The notes under the pieces are model-generated. The model saw only the letters and a program-made list of their open reading frames with translations. It searched no databases and was not told the origin of the DNA. Positions 29,510 through 37,738 of a stretch of DNA of 64,000 bases are shown here, in pieces (the first letter of the stretch is position 1; every line of letters begins with the position of its first letter). The position numbers were made by a program, and so were the translations under genes. This stretch comes from a virus (lineage: Duplodnaviria; Caudoviricetes): IMG/VR virus record IMGVR_UViG_3300008740_000001, positions 128,001 to 192,000 of that record; one strand, 5' to 3'.

Positions 29510-30297
29510 AAATTACCAGAACAAGACTTAAGGAGATTCTCGCAGAGGAAATTACTCTTTATGAAAATTTCCGTGGCACTGCTGGTGGCTTACAATCACC
29601 GAGTGGGCTTACTCCGGAAGATATCGCCAATGAATTACTCCAGCAAGGAGTTAGCGACGAGGATGCCATAACGCAAGCAATCCTCGATGCCGGCGTCCAA
29701 GACGACAGCATACCAGATTTTGAAGATGCCGTTTGGGGAGAACTTGACAAGGCACAGAATTTACCAGAGTCACTAGAAGCTGCAGCCGGCCTGATGTCAC
29801 AAGCAGGTGTGTATACCAAACACCCCAAGGTACAGCAGCGACTGATGCGCGTGGTTCAGCAAGCGCGAGAGGCCGGATTGACCGACGAGGAAATCTTAGA
29901 GTTGACGCAGGGCCTTCTTGGGGCGGATATGATGCAGACTGCTGAAGAGGCACCCGATGAGGTGGGACTCGAAGAAGAACGCTTTATGGGCGGCCAAATC
30001 GATATCGAGCCTTTGTCCGACGAAGAGCAAGCTGCATCGACCGAGGCGTATTATGAGTTGTTTAACGTTCTCTTAGGCTCCAATCTTCCCGGCGACAAAC
30101 CTTCGGAGAAGCTAAAGTATGCGCTCCGCTGGATTGCAAAATTTGAACAGAGTGGAGAGGAGGATAGAGCATATCGAGCCAAGCTTGATGATGCGCCTGC
30201 GATGGGCCGCTTCGTTCGTGGACTCAAAGAGGTAGAAGGGCGCAAGGAACAATTAATTGATATTATTACGGAAGTGGTTCGAGATGAAATTTACTAA
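29506..30297 (+). CDS. Acidic putative head-packaged protein
   Basis: N-terminus MKITRTRLKEILAEE; GGAGG SD. Confidence 0.6.
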   Translation: MKITRTRLKEILAEEITLYENFRGTAGGLQSPSGLTPEDIANELLQQGVSDEDAITQAILDAGVQDDSIPDFEDAVWGELDKAQNLPESLEAAAGLMSQAGVYTKHPKVQQRLMRVVQQAREAGLTDEEILELTQGLLGADMMQTAEEAPDEVGLEEERFMGGQIDIEPLSDEEQAASTEAYYELFNVLLGSNLPGDKPSEKLKYALRWIAKFEQSGEEDRAYRAKLDDAPAMGRFVRGLKEVEGRKEQLIDIITEVVRDEIY

Positions 30298-30691
30298 ATC
30301 GGACATAAGAGAAATCATCGCGGAAGAAATCGACAATATGCTGGCCGAAAGTCATGACGAAGAAAATGAAGGAGCTATGGCAGTTAACCAGCTGAACCAG
30401 ATTGGACAAATGTCTGCAGAGTTGGGAGATATGATTTCCGATGCTACAGACTTGGAAGAATGGGCAGAAGCGAAGATAACAAAGGCTCACGATTATCTCA
30501 ATACGGTATTGAATCATCTCGCCTCCTCACAGGAGCTTCACTCTCAAATCCCCGAAGAGCCAGATCCACTGAAGGCAGATGATGGTGCTGTGGAACCAGA
30601 TGCGGTTGAACCCCTGCGCTTAAAGACACCTACGCGTCAGAAAATTAATAGACTTAGAAGAAACTTGGCAACTGGGGATTGGTCAAGATGA
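30284..30691 (+). CDS. Putative head-packaged protein
   Basis: N-terminus MKFTKSDIREIIAEE; core EGAMAVNQL...LEEWAEAKITKAHDYL is a pattern I recognise from myovirus hypotheticals. Confidence 0.6.
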   Translation: MKFTKSDIREIIAEEIDNMLAESHDEENEGAMAVNQLNQIGQMSAELGDMISDATDLEEWAEAKITKAHDYLNTVLNHLASSQELHSQIPEEPDPLKADDGAVEPDAVEPLRLKTPTRQKINRLRRNLATGDWSR

Positions 30692-31644
30692 GGGTCTCCA
30701 TGTCGCAACTGCAGAAGATTATTAAAGAAGAGCTTGACGAGGCCACCGCTCTGGGTACCTCTTGGGCGGACAAGATGGCTCGGGAGTATGGCGCATCGAG
30801 TCGCAAAGAAAAAGAGCGCGGCCGGAAGAGAAAAAAGGGCGACAAAGAAAAAGTCAAGGAAGAAGTCGAGGAACCGACCAGCTTTGCTCCAACAGCGGCA
30901 GAAGAGGCTCAAAAGATCAACGATCAAACTGGCTTGACTTATGTTACTGATCAATCGTATTGGGAGAGCATGGGTGTGAAGACGGGTGAAGACTTGGCAA
31001 GAACGGTTTTGTTTCAAACATATTCAGATACATACAAAGAATTATACGGGCACCGGCCCAGAGGCATGCCGTGGAAAGAAATGACACCTCAAGAGATTCA
31101 AGACGCTCAGGCTGCACTTGACGATGAGTGGATGGAACATCGCCATCATGATGATCAAGCTTGGAAAGACGACGATCCCGAATATATTGCACGCGCCAAA
31201 GAAATAGAAGCAGAATACGAAGCAGAGAAAGAAGCAGCCGCCAGCGCCGCCGAAGAAGAGAGAATGAAAACTCCCGAACAAGGCGAAGAGTTTCCCAAAC
31301 GCGCCGGGATGGGCAAAAGAATGAAGGAGACTAGCACAAGGAGAGGCACAGTGAAGATTACAACAGCAAAGTTAGACGAGATTATCAAAGAAGAGACAGA
31401 CTCGGCCATTAAAGAATGGGAAAATACCCGAGATTACCGCGAGGGCCTATATTCCGGCTTGGGCGAACCAGAACATGAAATGAGCGACGAGGGCAACAAT
31501 GTATTTGTAACCTCTGGTGATACGCCACCAGAGAGAGAAGGTTACCTTGAAGCGCGCATTATTGATGCGGTAACACTTTTGAAGCAGGGACACTCTGAAG
31601 AGGCGTTAGAAGAATTGATGAACGCCTTGACAACCAAGTTATAA
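30688..31644 (+). CDS. Putative head-packaged protein with an internal second leader motif
   Basis: N-terminus MRVSMSQLQKIIKEE; internal VKITTAKLDEIIKEE at 31351. Confidence 0.6.
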   Translation: MRVSMSQLQKIIKEELDEATALGTSWADKMAREYGASSRKEKERGRKRKKGDKEKVKEEVEEPTSFAPTAAEEAQKINDQTGLTYVTDQSYWESMGVKTGEDLARTVLFQTYSDTYKELYGHRPRGMPWKEMTPQEIQDAQAALDDEWMEHRHHDDQAWKDDDPEYIARAKEIEAEYEAEKEAAASAAEEERMKTPEQGEEFPKRAGMGKRMKETSTRRGTVKITTAKLDEIIKEETDSAIKEWENTRDYREGLYSGLGEPEHEMSDEGNNVFVTSGDTPPEREGYLEARIIDAVTLLKQGHSEEALEELMNALTTKL

Positions 31645-31655
31645 TCTGTTATATT
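31627..31655 (+). promoter_or_regulatory. Sigma70-type promoter
   Basis: TTGACA-N17-TATATT. Confidence 0.78.
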
Positions 31656-31661
31656 ATATAA

Positions 31662-31925
31662 GTGAAATACAAAGTAGGCGACATTGTACTAGTCGAGTCT
31701 TTTGCTGGGCCCCAAGTGCGTGTCCGACTAAAGACACGGATCATAAAGCCAAACAATGGCTGGGGTGCAGACGGCTGGGATGCTGTGATAATTTACAAGA
31801 AAGATGTAGACGCTCTCATTAGCAGTGGTGTGCCGTATAAGCGCGGCAGCAAACCCACTACTTTTGTATTTGATGAAGACATCATCAAAAAGGTGATAAA
31901 AAAAAGACGCACAAAGCGTAAATAA
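31662..31925 (+). CDS. Small SH3-like protein
   Basis: MKYKVGDIVLV N-terminus. Confidence 0.5.
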   Translation: MKYKVGDIVLVESFAGPQVRVRLKTRIIKPNNGWGADGWDAVIIYKKDVDALISSGVPYKRGSKPTTFVFDEDIIKKVIKKRRTKRK

Positions 31926-31979
31926 ATGTGGACAAACTACGATAAATGTAGTATATTAATAGAATAGCAAGGAGAAAAA

Positions 31980-32252
31980 ATGCTAAATCTAAATGATGAC
32001 AAGAGGGCCAAGATTGTTGAATTCATTCGGTCACTTAAGGCTCTTGAAGATGCGATGGAACCATATAAGGAACAGCGACGAGAATTGCGCTCTGAGTTTA
32101 AGCAACAGGGTTGGCTAAACGTTGATGAGCAGCGTCTGGCTGTAAAGGCTTACCGTCTCATGCGCACTGACGTTAATTTGGACGACCTGTACGATGTCTA
32201 TGAGACTCTTGTCAAGCCGCCCACTCTGCCTGCAGCGACGAGCGGAGAATAG
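31980..32252 (+). CDS. GapR/DUF2312- or T4 DsbA-like dsDNA-binding protein
   Basis: IVEFIRSLKALED...RRELRSEFKQQGW three-helix pattern; AAGGAG SD. Confidence 0.5.
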   Translation: MLNLNDDKRAKIVEFIRSLKALEDAMEPYKEQRRELRSEFKQQGWLNVDEQRLAVKAYRLMRTDVNLDDLYDVYETLVKPPTLPAATSGE

Positions 32253-32714
32253 ATGTTACTTGAATACTACAAAGTCAGAGGGGATGCCGTATCTCCAACC
32301 CGCGCAAACCCCTCAGATGCAGGCTTAGATATTTATTTTTGCCCAGAAGATTCGATCCTTACTGGGAAGTGGCTTGAGCCCGGGGAATCTGGCCTTTTCC
32401 AGACCGGTCTCAAGTTTGGTGTGCCTCATGGATATATGCTAGAAGTAAAGAACCGATCAGGAAACGCTGCCAAGCGGCATCTTCTGGTCGGCGCATGCGT
32501 AATTGATTCTGGTTATGATGGTGAGGTGTTTGTTAACCTACACAACGTGGGCCATGACCGGCAGCTTATTGAGAAGAACATGAAGATTGCACAAGTAGTT
32601 CTTGTGCCCGTGGTCCATTTCCGGACAGCCGAGGTACAGCAGGATAGCCTGTATGCAGATTATCCTATTACGATCAGCGGCCGAGGAGATGGGGCCTTGG
32701 GGAGCACCGGATGA
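32253..32714 (+). CDS. dut: dUTPase (trimeric)
   Basis: SDAGLD, RSG, VIDSGYDGE, KIAQ, RGDGALGSTG. Confidence 0.95.
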   Translation: MLLEYYKVRGDAVSPTRANPSDAGLDIYFCPEDSILTGKWLEPGESGLFQTGLKFGVPHGYMLEVKNRSGNAAKRHLLVGACVIDSGYDGEVFVNLHNVGHDRQLIEKNMKIAQVVLVPVVHFRTAEVQQDSLYADYPITISGRGDGALGSTG

Positions 32715-33202
32715 ACGATTCAACATTGAAATTGATGTTTTCGAGCAAAAAGGGCACATGGTCGACTCCTCAAAAATTTTTCGACAAACTAAATTGGAGA
32801 TTTGGGCCTTTTACATTGGATCCCTGCGCAGATTGCGTGAGTGCCAAGTGTGAACTTTATTATACAGAAGCGGATGATGGGCTATCCAAGGACTGGGCGG
32901 GACACACAGTATATGTGAATCCGCCATATGGTCGTGGAATTGACAAGTGGATCAAGAAGGGCTTTGAAGAGGGCAAAAAGGATGACACAAGAGTTGTGAT
33001 GTTGATTCCGGCCCGTACAGATACAAAATATTGGCACGATTATGTGATGAAAGCTGCAAGAGTCTACTTTGTGAAGGGTCGTCTTAAGTTCGGAGACAGC
33101 ACTAACTGTGCTCCCTTCCCATCAGCAGTGGTAGTTTTTGATGGCTTGGCGAAGAAATATGATTATGGACCCCTTCAGGTGTTTGCAGGGATGAATCGAT
33201 AG
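32711..33202 (+). CDS. Phage-type DNA N6-adenine methyltransferase
   Basis: WSTPQ, LDPCA, catalytic NPPY, LIPARTDTKYWHDY, GRLKFG. Confidence 0.9.
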   Translation: MNDSTLKLMFSSKKGTWSTPQKFFDKLNWRFGPFTLDPCADCVSAKCELYYTEADDGLSKDWAGHTVYVNPPYGRGIDKWIKKGFEEGKKDDTRVVMLIPARTDTKYWHDYVMKAARVYFVKGRLKFGDSTNCAPFPSAVVVFDGLAKKYDYGPLQVFAGMNR

Positions 33203-33211
33203 AGGTAAAAG

Positions 33212-33439
33212 ATGACATTAGAAGAAAAAATGATTAACAGCTTGTTGGCTCGATACCAAGCACAGAAGCAAGAAGCGGCAGCAATGATAGAGCTTTACAT
33301 CAAGAAAGCAGTTGGTGTTGGGGAGCATTCTCAAATTCTCGATGAAATTGATAAGTGGGTTGCTCTTGCTACTGAGGCGGACGATAAGCACGAAACGTTG
33401 TTATCGATGATAAACGTGGAAATTGTTGATGAACCGTAA
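33212..33439 (+). CDS. Hypothetical protein
   Basis: Helical ORF containing AVGVGEH; GAGGT SD. Confidence 0.55.
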   Translation: MTLEEKMINSLLARYQAQKQEAAAMIELYIKKAVGVGEHSQILDEIDKWVALATEADDKHETLLSMINVEIVDEP

Positions 33440-33716
33440 AGACCGAAGAGCCCAGTCAGCCAAATACAGAAAAACAGTAAAGAAGGCCAAGGGCGCCGAG
33501 ACACCAATCGGTGCCAAGATGTTGCTTTTCGGCCTTATTCCCGAAGAGTGCACTGCCTGCAGCGCGGCATTTGACAAAACAGATCGAGAAATGGTCATGT
33601 CGTGGAACGTCGTTGTGCGCGAAGAAGAAGAAAAAGTAAACTTATATTGCCCACCTTGCTGGCAGCAGGCGTTGGACGTTATTAATGGATTTTACGATAG
33701 AGTAGAGGAAGAATGA
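33429..33716 (+). CDS. Hypothetical zinc-ribbon protein
   Basis: CTAC...CPPC. Confidence 0.55.
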   Translation: MNRKDRRAQSAKYRKTVKKAKGAETPIGAKMLLFGLIPEECTACSAAFDKTDREMVMSWNVVVREEEEKVNLYCPPCWQQALDVINGFYDRVEEE

Positions 33717-34741
33717 AGCAGGCTCTCTCATATGACGATATCTTATTGGTTCCGCATTATAGCGACATTTCAAGCCGGAAGATGATCGACATCTCAAACT
33801 CCCTAGACAAAAGCTTAAAACTAGAACTACCAGTGATTGCTAGCCCAATGGACACGGTGAGTAGTTTTGAAATGGCCACCGCTATCACGAAATTTGGCGG
33901 AGCAGCCATTATTCACAGATATATGGATGCCTTGGAACAGGTTAGAATTGTTGGAGATTTAAAAAATCAATTCGGCTCTATCGTTGGTGCCGCAATCGGC
34001 ACCGGTTCTGATGCGAAACTCCGATCCCAGATGCTAGCCGCCGTTGGCGTGGATATCTTGTGCATCGATGTTGCGCACGGCCATCACGCACTGGTAGAGG
34101 AGACAATCAAGGAAATTAGGCAGATCCCGTCTGTTTCCAACATACACATTATGGCTGGAAACGTGGCCACCCCCCAAGGCGTAGCAGATTTACACGCATG
34201 GGGGGCCGACTCTATCCGCGTCGGCATTGGCGGCGGCTCGATTTGTTCAACTAGGCTTCAAACGGGCCATGGTATACCAACGTTGCAGTCTATTATGGAT
34301 TGCGCCGCAGTTGCCGATGACCTCGGTGCGAAGCTAATTGCTGATGGTGGTATCAGAAATTCGGGTGATATAGTAAAGTCCTATGCAGCCGGCGCCGACT
34401 TTGTTATGATTGGTTCGTTACTGGCTGGCACCACGGAAGCACCGGGCAAAATCATAACGATGAACGGAAATAAATACAAAGAGTATAGAGGAATGGCGTC
34501 AGCCGAAGCACAGATGGATTGGCGTGGCCGAACCGCCTCTTTAGAGGGCGTCTCTACGATGATACCATATAGGGGCTCCGTCGAGCCAATCTTGGAACAA
34601 ATCGAAAACGGCATACGAAGCGGCTTTTCTTATTCAGGTGCCAGAACGTTCTCAGAATTTCAAAACGCCAGCACCATGATCCGCCAAACTTCAGCCGGCC
34701 AGTTGGAGAGTTCAACGCACATCCGAGTGCGATATGGATAA
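33713..34741 (+). CDS. IMP dehydrogenase / GMP reductase family (no CBS domain)
   Basis: SPMDTV, DVAHGH, AGNV, RVGIGGGSICSTR, IADGGI, YRGMAS, SYSG. Confidence 0.9.
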   Translation: MKQALSYDDILLVPHYSDISSRKMIDISNSLDKSLKLELPVIASPMDTVSSFEMATAITKFGGAAIIHRYMDALEQVRIVGDLKNQFGSIVGAAIGTGSDAKLRSQMLAAVGVDILCIDVAHGHHALVEETIKEIRQIPSVSNIHIMAGNVATPQGVADLHAWGADSIRVGIGGGSICSTRLQTGHGIPTLQSIMDCAAVADDLGAKLIADGGIRNSGDIVKSYAAGADFVMIGSLLAGTTEAPGKIITMNGNKYKEYRGMASAEAQMDWRGRTASLEGVSTMIPYRGSVEPILEQIENGIRSGFSYSGARTFSEFQNASTMIRQTSAGQLESSTHIRVRYG

Positions 34742-35060
34742 TGTTAAAAACGAAAAAAAGATCATTTTTTATGATACAGAGAAAAGACACGCAAACTTAA
34801 AAGTGAGGTTGCAGCATGATAGTCTTTCCCAATCTGCTTTCTTCAGGATGATGATCACTGGATATTTAGAAAACAATGCAGGCATTTTAGAATATATGGA
34901 TGAATACAAGGCAAATAACAATGTTCAGTCGAAGGCTCACCGAAAGGCGTCTAAGAAGAACATAGAGGCTGGCAAGGTATTAGAAAATGCTTTGGGCCTA
35001 GGTAACGAAGAAGTAGAGAACATATTTGATTTAATTGAACAGGAGCATCCGGAATTATGA
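34734..35060 (+). CDS. Putative ribbon-helix-helix DNA-binding protein
   Basis: KKIIFY strand followed by two helices (EKRHANLKVRL, SQSAFFRMMI). Confidence 0.4.
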   Translation: MDNVKNEKKIIFYDTEKRHANLKVRLQHDSLSQSAFFRMMITGYLENNAGILEYMDEYKANNNVQSKAHRKASKKNIEAGKVLENALGLGNEEVENIFDLIEQEHPEL

Positions 35061-35335
35061 AAACAATAAAAAACAATATCGGAAGAGTAGTTTTACAAAA
35101 CAAGGACGGGGTAACCAGATATGGCGTAATTACATTTCAGAGAATGCGTGAAGATTGGATGTACTATACCGTTTACTGGATTAGCAGTGTACCGTCTGAT
35201 TCACCATGGATCTCACAAATTGAGTGGCGATGCGATAAGGTCAAGATCATTGATGAGAAAACTCATCTAGCTGATCTACAGAGTGCCATCAACTTTCGTA
35301 ATTCGCGCAAATTCAAGGAGGCGATGATGCCATGA
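35057..35335 (+). CDS. Hypothetical protein
   Basis: Beta-rich small ORF in the operon. Confidence 0.5.
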   Translation: MKTIKNNIGRVVLQNKDGVTRYGVITFQRMREDWMYYTVYWISSVPSDSPWISQIEWRCDKVKIIDEKTHLADLQSAINFRNSRKFKEAMMP

Positions 35336-35592
35336 AGAAACGACAAAATGCGGCGCCCTGCGGTGCGTGGATGAAGCTGATAGAGTGTGATAAGATATGC
35401 CACAAGGAAGACTGCCGATTATGGCAGAATTATCCAGAAGACAGAAACTGCACTAATGTGACGGTTTACGAGCACGGACCATTAACTTTGGCAGAAACAG
35501 CAAAAAGGGTTGGGTTGTCACTATCTAGAATTAAACAGATTGAACAAAAGGCCTTGGAGAAGTTGAAGAAAAATAAGAATTTCGATTTTTAG
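35332..35592 (+). CDS. Stand-alone sigma-70 region 4 HTH protein with Cys-rich N-terminus
   Basis: PLTLAETAKRVGLSLSRIKQIEQKALEKL aligns with sigma70 region 4.2 ([28 protein letters not shown]). Confidence 0.8.
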   Translation: MKKRQNAAPCGAWMKLIECDKICHKEDCRLWQNYPEDRNCTNVTVYEHGPLTLAETAKRVGLSLSRIKQIEQKALEKLKKNKNFDF

Positions 35593-35705
35593 ACCACATT
35601 AAAGCATTTAAAAAAAGTGGATACTATTTATTAATGTTGATTTTGGTACAAAACCAAAAATGATTTAATTCATCAATTTTTTAAAATATGGGAGATTTGT
35701 AAAAG

Positions 35706-36308
35706 ATGAGCAAAAAGACACTTTTAAATGAAACACAGGTTAGGCGCTTCATGAAGTTGGCCAATGTTGGCACACTGTCAGACGGTTTCGTCGACGGACT
35801 TGAAGAGGCAGGATATTTTAGACCGGTAGCTGAGCAAGGCGAGGATGAGTTGGGCGAACTGCCCGGCGACGAGGGTCCTGTTGAGGACGAAGTTGCCCTC
35901 GATGCGGAAGTTCCGGTTGAAGATGAGTTGGGCGACGATCTTGGAGGCGAAGAGGATCTTGGGCTGGACGATGCAGCCGGCGGAGCCGAGTTACCTCCCG
36001 AAGTTGTTGCACAAGTTGAGGACGCCCTTGCTAGCGCTTTAGGCGCAATGGAGCAAGAGCTTGAAGCCGCAATCCCCGAGTTGGACCTTTCGGTTGAGAG
36101 GGAAGGCGAAGAGGAATTGGGCGGCGAGGAAGACCTAGGTGGTGACGAAGAGTTGGCAGACCTAGGCGGTGAAGAAGAGTTGGCCCCCGAGGATGACCTT
36201 GGTGGCGATGACTTAGGTGGCGACGAAGAGTTGGCCCCCGAAGATGAGCTTGTCGAGCGTATTGCTCGTAAGGTTGCCCTTAGATTGCGTAACGCAGTCA
36301 AAAAGTGA
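35706..36308 (+). CDS. Highly acidic low-complexity protein, putative scaffold/core protein
   Basis: MSKKTLLNETQVRRFMKLA leader, D/E/G-rich repeats, basic C-terminal helix; late motif at 35622. Confidence 0.6.
   Translation: MSKKTLLNETQVRRFMKLANVGTLSDGFVDGLEEAGYFRPVAEQGEDELGELPGDEGPVEDEVALDAEVPVEDELGDDLGGEEDLGLDDAAGGAELPPEVVAQVEDALASALGAMEQELEAAIPELDLSVEREGEEELGGEEDLGGDEELADLGGEEELAPEDDLGGDDLGGDEELAPEDELVERIARKVALRLRNAVKK
36109..36250 (+). repeat. Imperfect coding tandem repeats (LGG[E/D][E/D][E/D]L units)
   Basis: GAAGAGTTGGCCCCCGA occurs twice and (C/T)TAGGTGG/CTAGGCGG units recur. Confidence 0.7.
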
Positions 36309-36336
36309 TTTAATCCCTCCCATATGTGACCTGCTC

Positions 36337-36366
36337 CAAAGGCCGCTTCTGCGGCCTTTGTTTTTA
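36337..36366 (+). terminator. Rho-independent terminator
   Basis: CAAAGGCCGC-ttct-GCGGCCTTTG followed by TTTTTAT. Confidence 0.88.
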
Positions 36367-36430
36367 TGTGTGAAAACTTTTCTAAAAACTAGTTATAATA
36401 TACAGACATTTATAAATAAGCGAGGTGTAT

Positions 36431-37099
36431 ATGAATGGAAAAAAGCCACATTTTGAAGAGGAATCTTCGGATAAAAACGAGGCTGAAAACAGCAAGATAA
36501 TCGTTTTAGCCCAGCGTCCACCCTCAGACAATGCGACCTCTCGCAAGGTCAGGCTTTTCGGAGAAGTGACAGAAGAGAAGTCTGAAGAACTAATTGGCGA
36601 AATGTTGTCAATGGCAGATGAAGCCGAAGAGATGGTGCCTAAAAATCCTGAAGATCCAGAATGCAAAGAAACAGAACGAGTGGTTCACGGGATTGACTTT
36701 TTAATTTCAACATACGGCGGCAACGCGGATGACATGTTTGGTATTTATGATATGATGAAACACGTTCAGCAGCAGTGCCCTATTTCTACGTATGGAATTG
36801 GTAAAGTTATGTCCGCAGGAGTGCTCTTGTTAGCCGCCGGAACGAAGGGAGAACGCAGAATTGGAAAAAATTGTAGAGTGATGTTGCATCATGTGGCCGG
36901 AGGCCTTGAGGGTTCTTTACCTTCGATGGAGACAGACCTCGAATCTTTGAAGGTTATGGAAAAAAGATATTTGGAAATTATGGTTGAGGAAACCAAGTTT
37001 ACAAAAAGATCGCTACAAAAACTGCTAGATAAGAAAGTAAACGTCTATTTAAATGCAGAGGAAGCGATTAAGCAAGGTATCGCGGATAAGTATATTTAA
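36431..37099 (+). CDS. clpP: ClpP-family protease, copy 2
   Basis: ISTYGG, VMSAG (Ser), MLHH (His); the third triad position reads VNVYLNAEEA (Asn). Confidence 0.85.
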   Translation: MNGKKPHFEEESSDKNEAENSKIIVLAQRPPSDNATSRKVRLFGEVTEEKSEELIGEMLSMADEAEEMVPKNPEDPECKETERVVHGIDFLISTYGGNADDMFGIYDMMKHVQQQCPISTYGIGKVMSAGVLLLAAGTKGERRIGKNCRVMLHHVAGGLEGSLPSMETDLESLKVMEKRYLEIMVEETKFTKRSLQKLLDKKVNVYLNAEEAIKQGIADKYI

Positions 37100-37113
37100 G
37101 AGAGAAACAGAAC

Positions 37114-37737
37114 ATGGCTAAAATAAGAGGTTTCCATGCGGAACTTATAAAAGAAAGGTATCGTAAAATTTTAGAGAAAAAGGGCTATAAGTTCTTTGAC
37201 AAGAATTTGCCGTACAATGTCAACATAATAGGCGTTCGAAATTCTGATGGAAAGGCGAACGTGTTTGATGATATGATTTTGGTAATTTATCGTGACAGCT
37301 ATAAGAGGTGGCTTGTCGAGACCTATCAGATTACAACCGATCCCGGCCTTTATTATTTAAAAAAGCCAATGAATGTTAACGGCACAGCAATCTTGTGCCC
37401 AGACCAGTATCGCAGCGCATATCAGATTGACAAGCATCGCGGTAAATATGACGCACTTTGCCAGCGCGGCGCAGAGGTTACTGTTTGGCGCGACACTAAC
37501 CGGGATTCCAAGCATGATATGATCGACGAAAGTAAGATCACTGGCTGGTTTGGTATCAATATCCACAAGGCCGGCAAAGAATCGACTCGTGTTGATAAAT
37601 GGTCCGCCGGCTGTCAGGTTTTCAAAAACGATAGTGATTTCAAACAGTTCATGTCGGTAATGCACGAAGCAGCCAAGCGGCTAGGAAATGGATTCACTTA
37701 TACATTGATCGAAAGTGACGATCTAGAAGAGGATTAA
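37114..37737 (+). CDS. YkuD/L,D-transpeptidase-like cell wall enzyme, candidate endolysin
   Basis: GINIH-x12-WSAGCQV resembles the H-x(14-17)-SxGC catalytic motif; no signal peptide. Confidence 0.5.
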   Translation: MAKIRGFHAELIKERYRKILEKKGYKFFDKNLPYNVNIIGVRNSDGKANVFDDMILVIYRDSYKRWLVETYQITTDPGLYYLKKPMNVNGTAILCPDQYRSAYQIDKHRGKYDALCQRGAEVTVWRDTNRDSKHDMIDESKITGWFGINIHKAGKESTRVDKWSAGCQVFKNDSDFKQFMSVMHEAAKRLGNGFTYTLIESDDLEED

Positions 37738-37738
37738 A

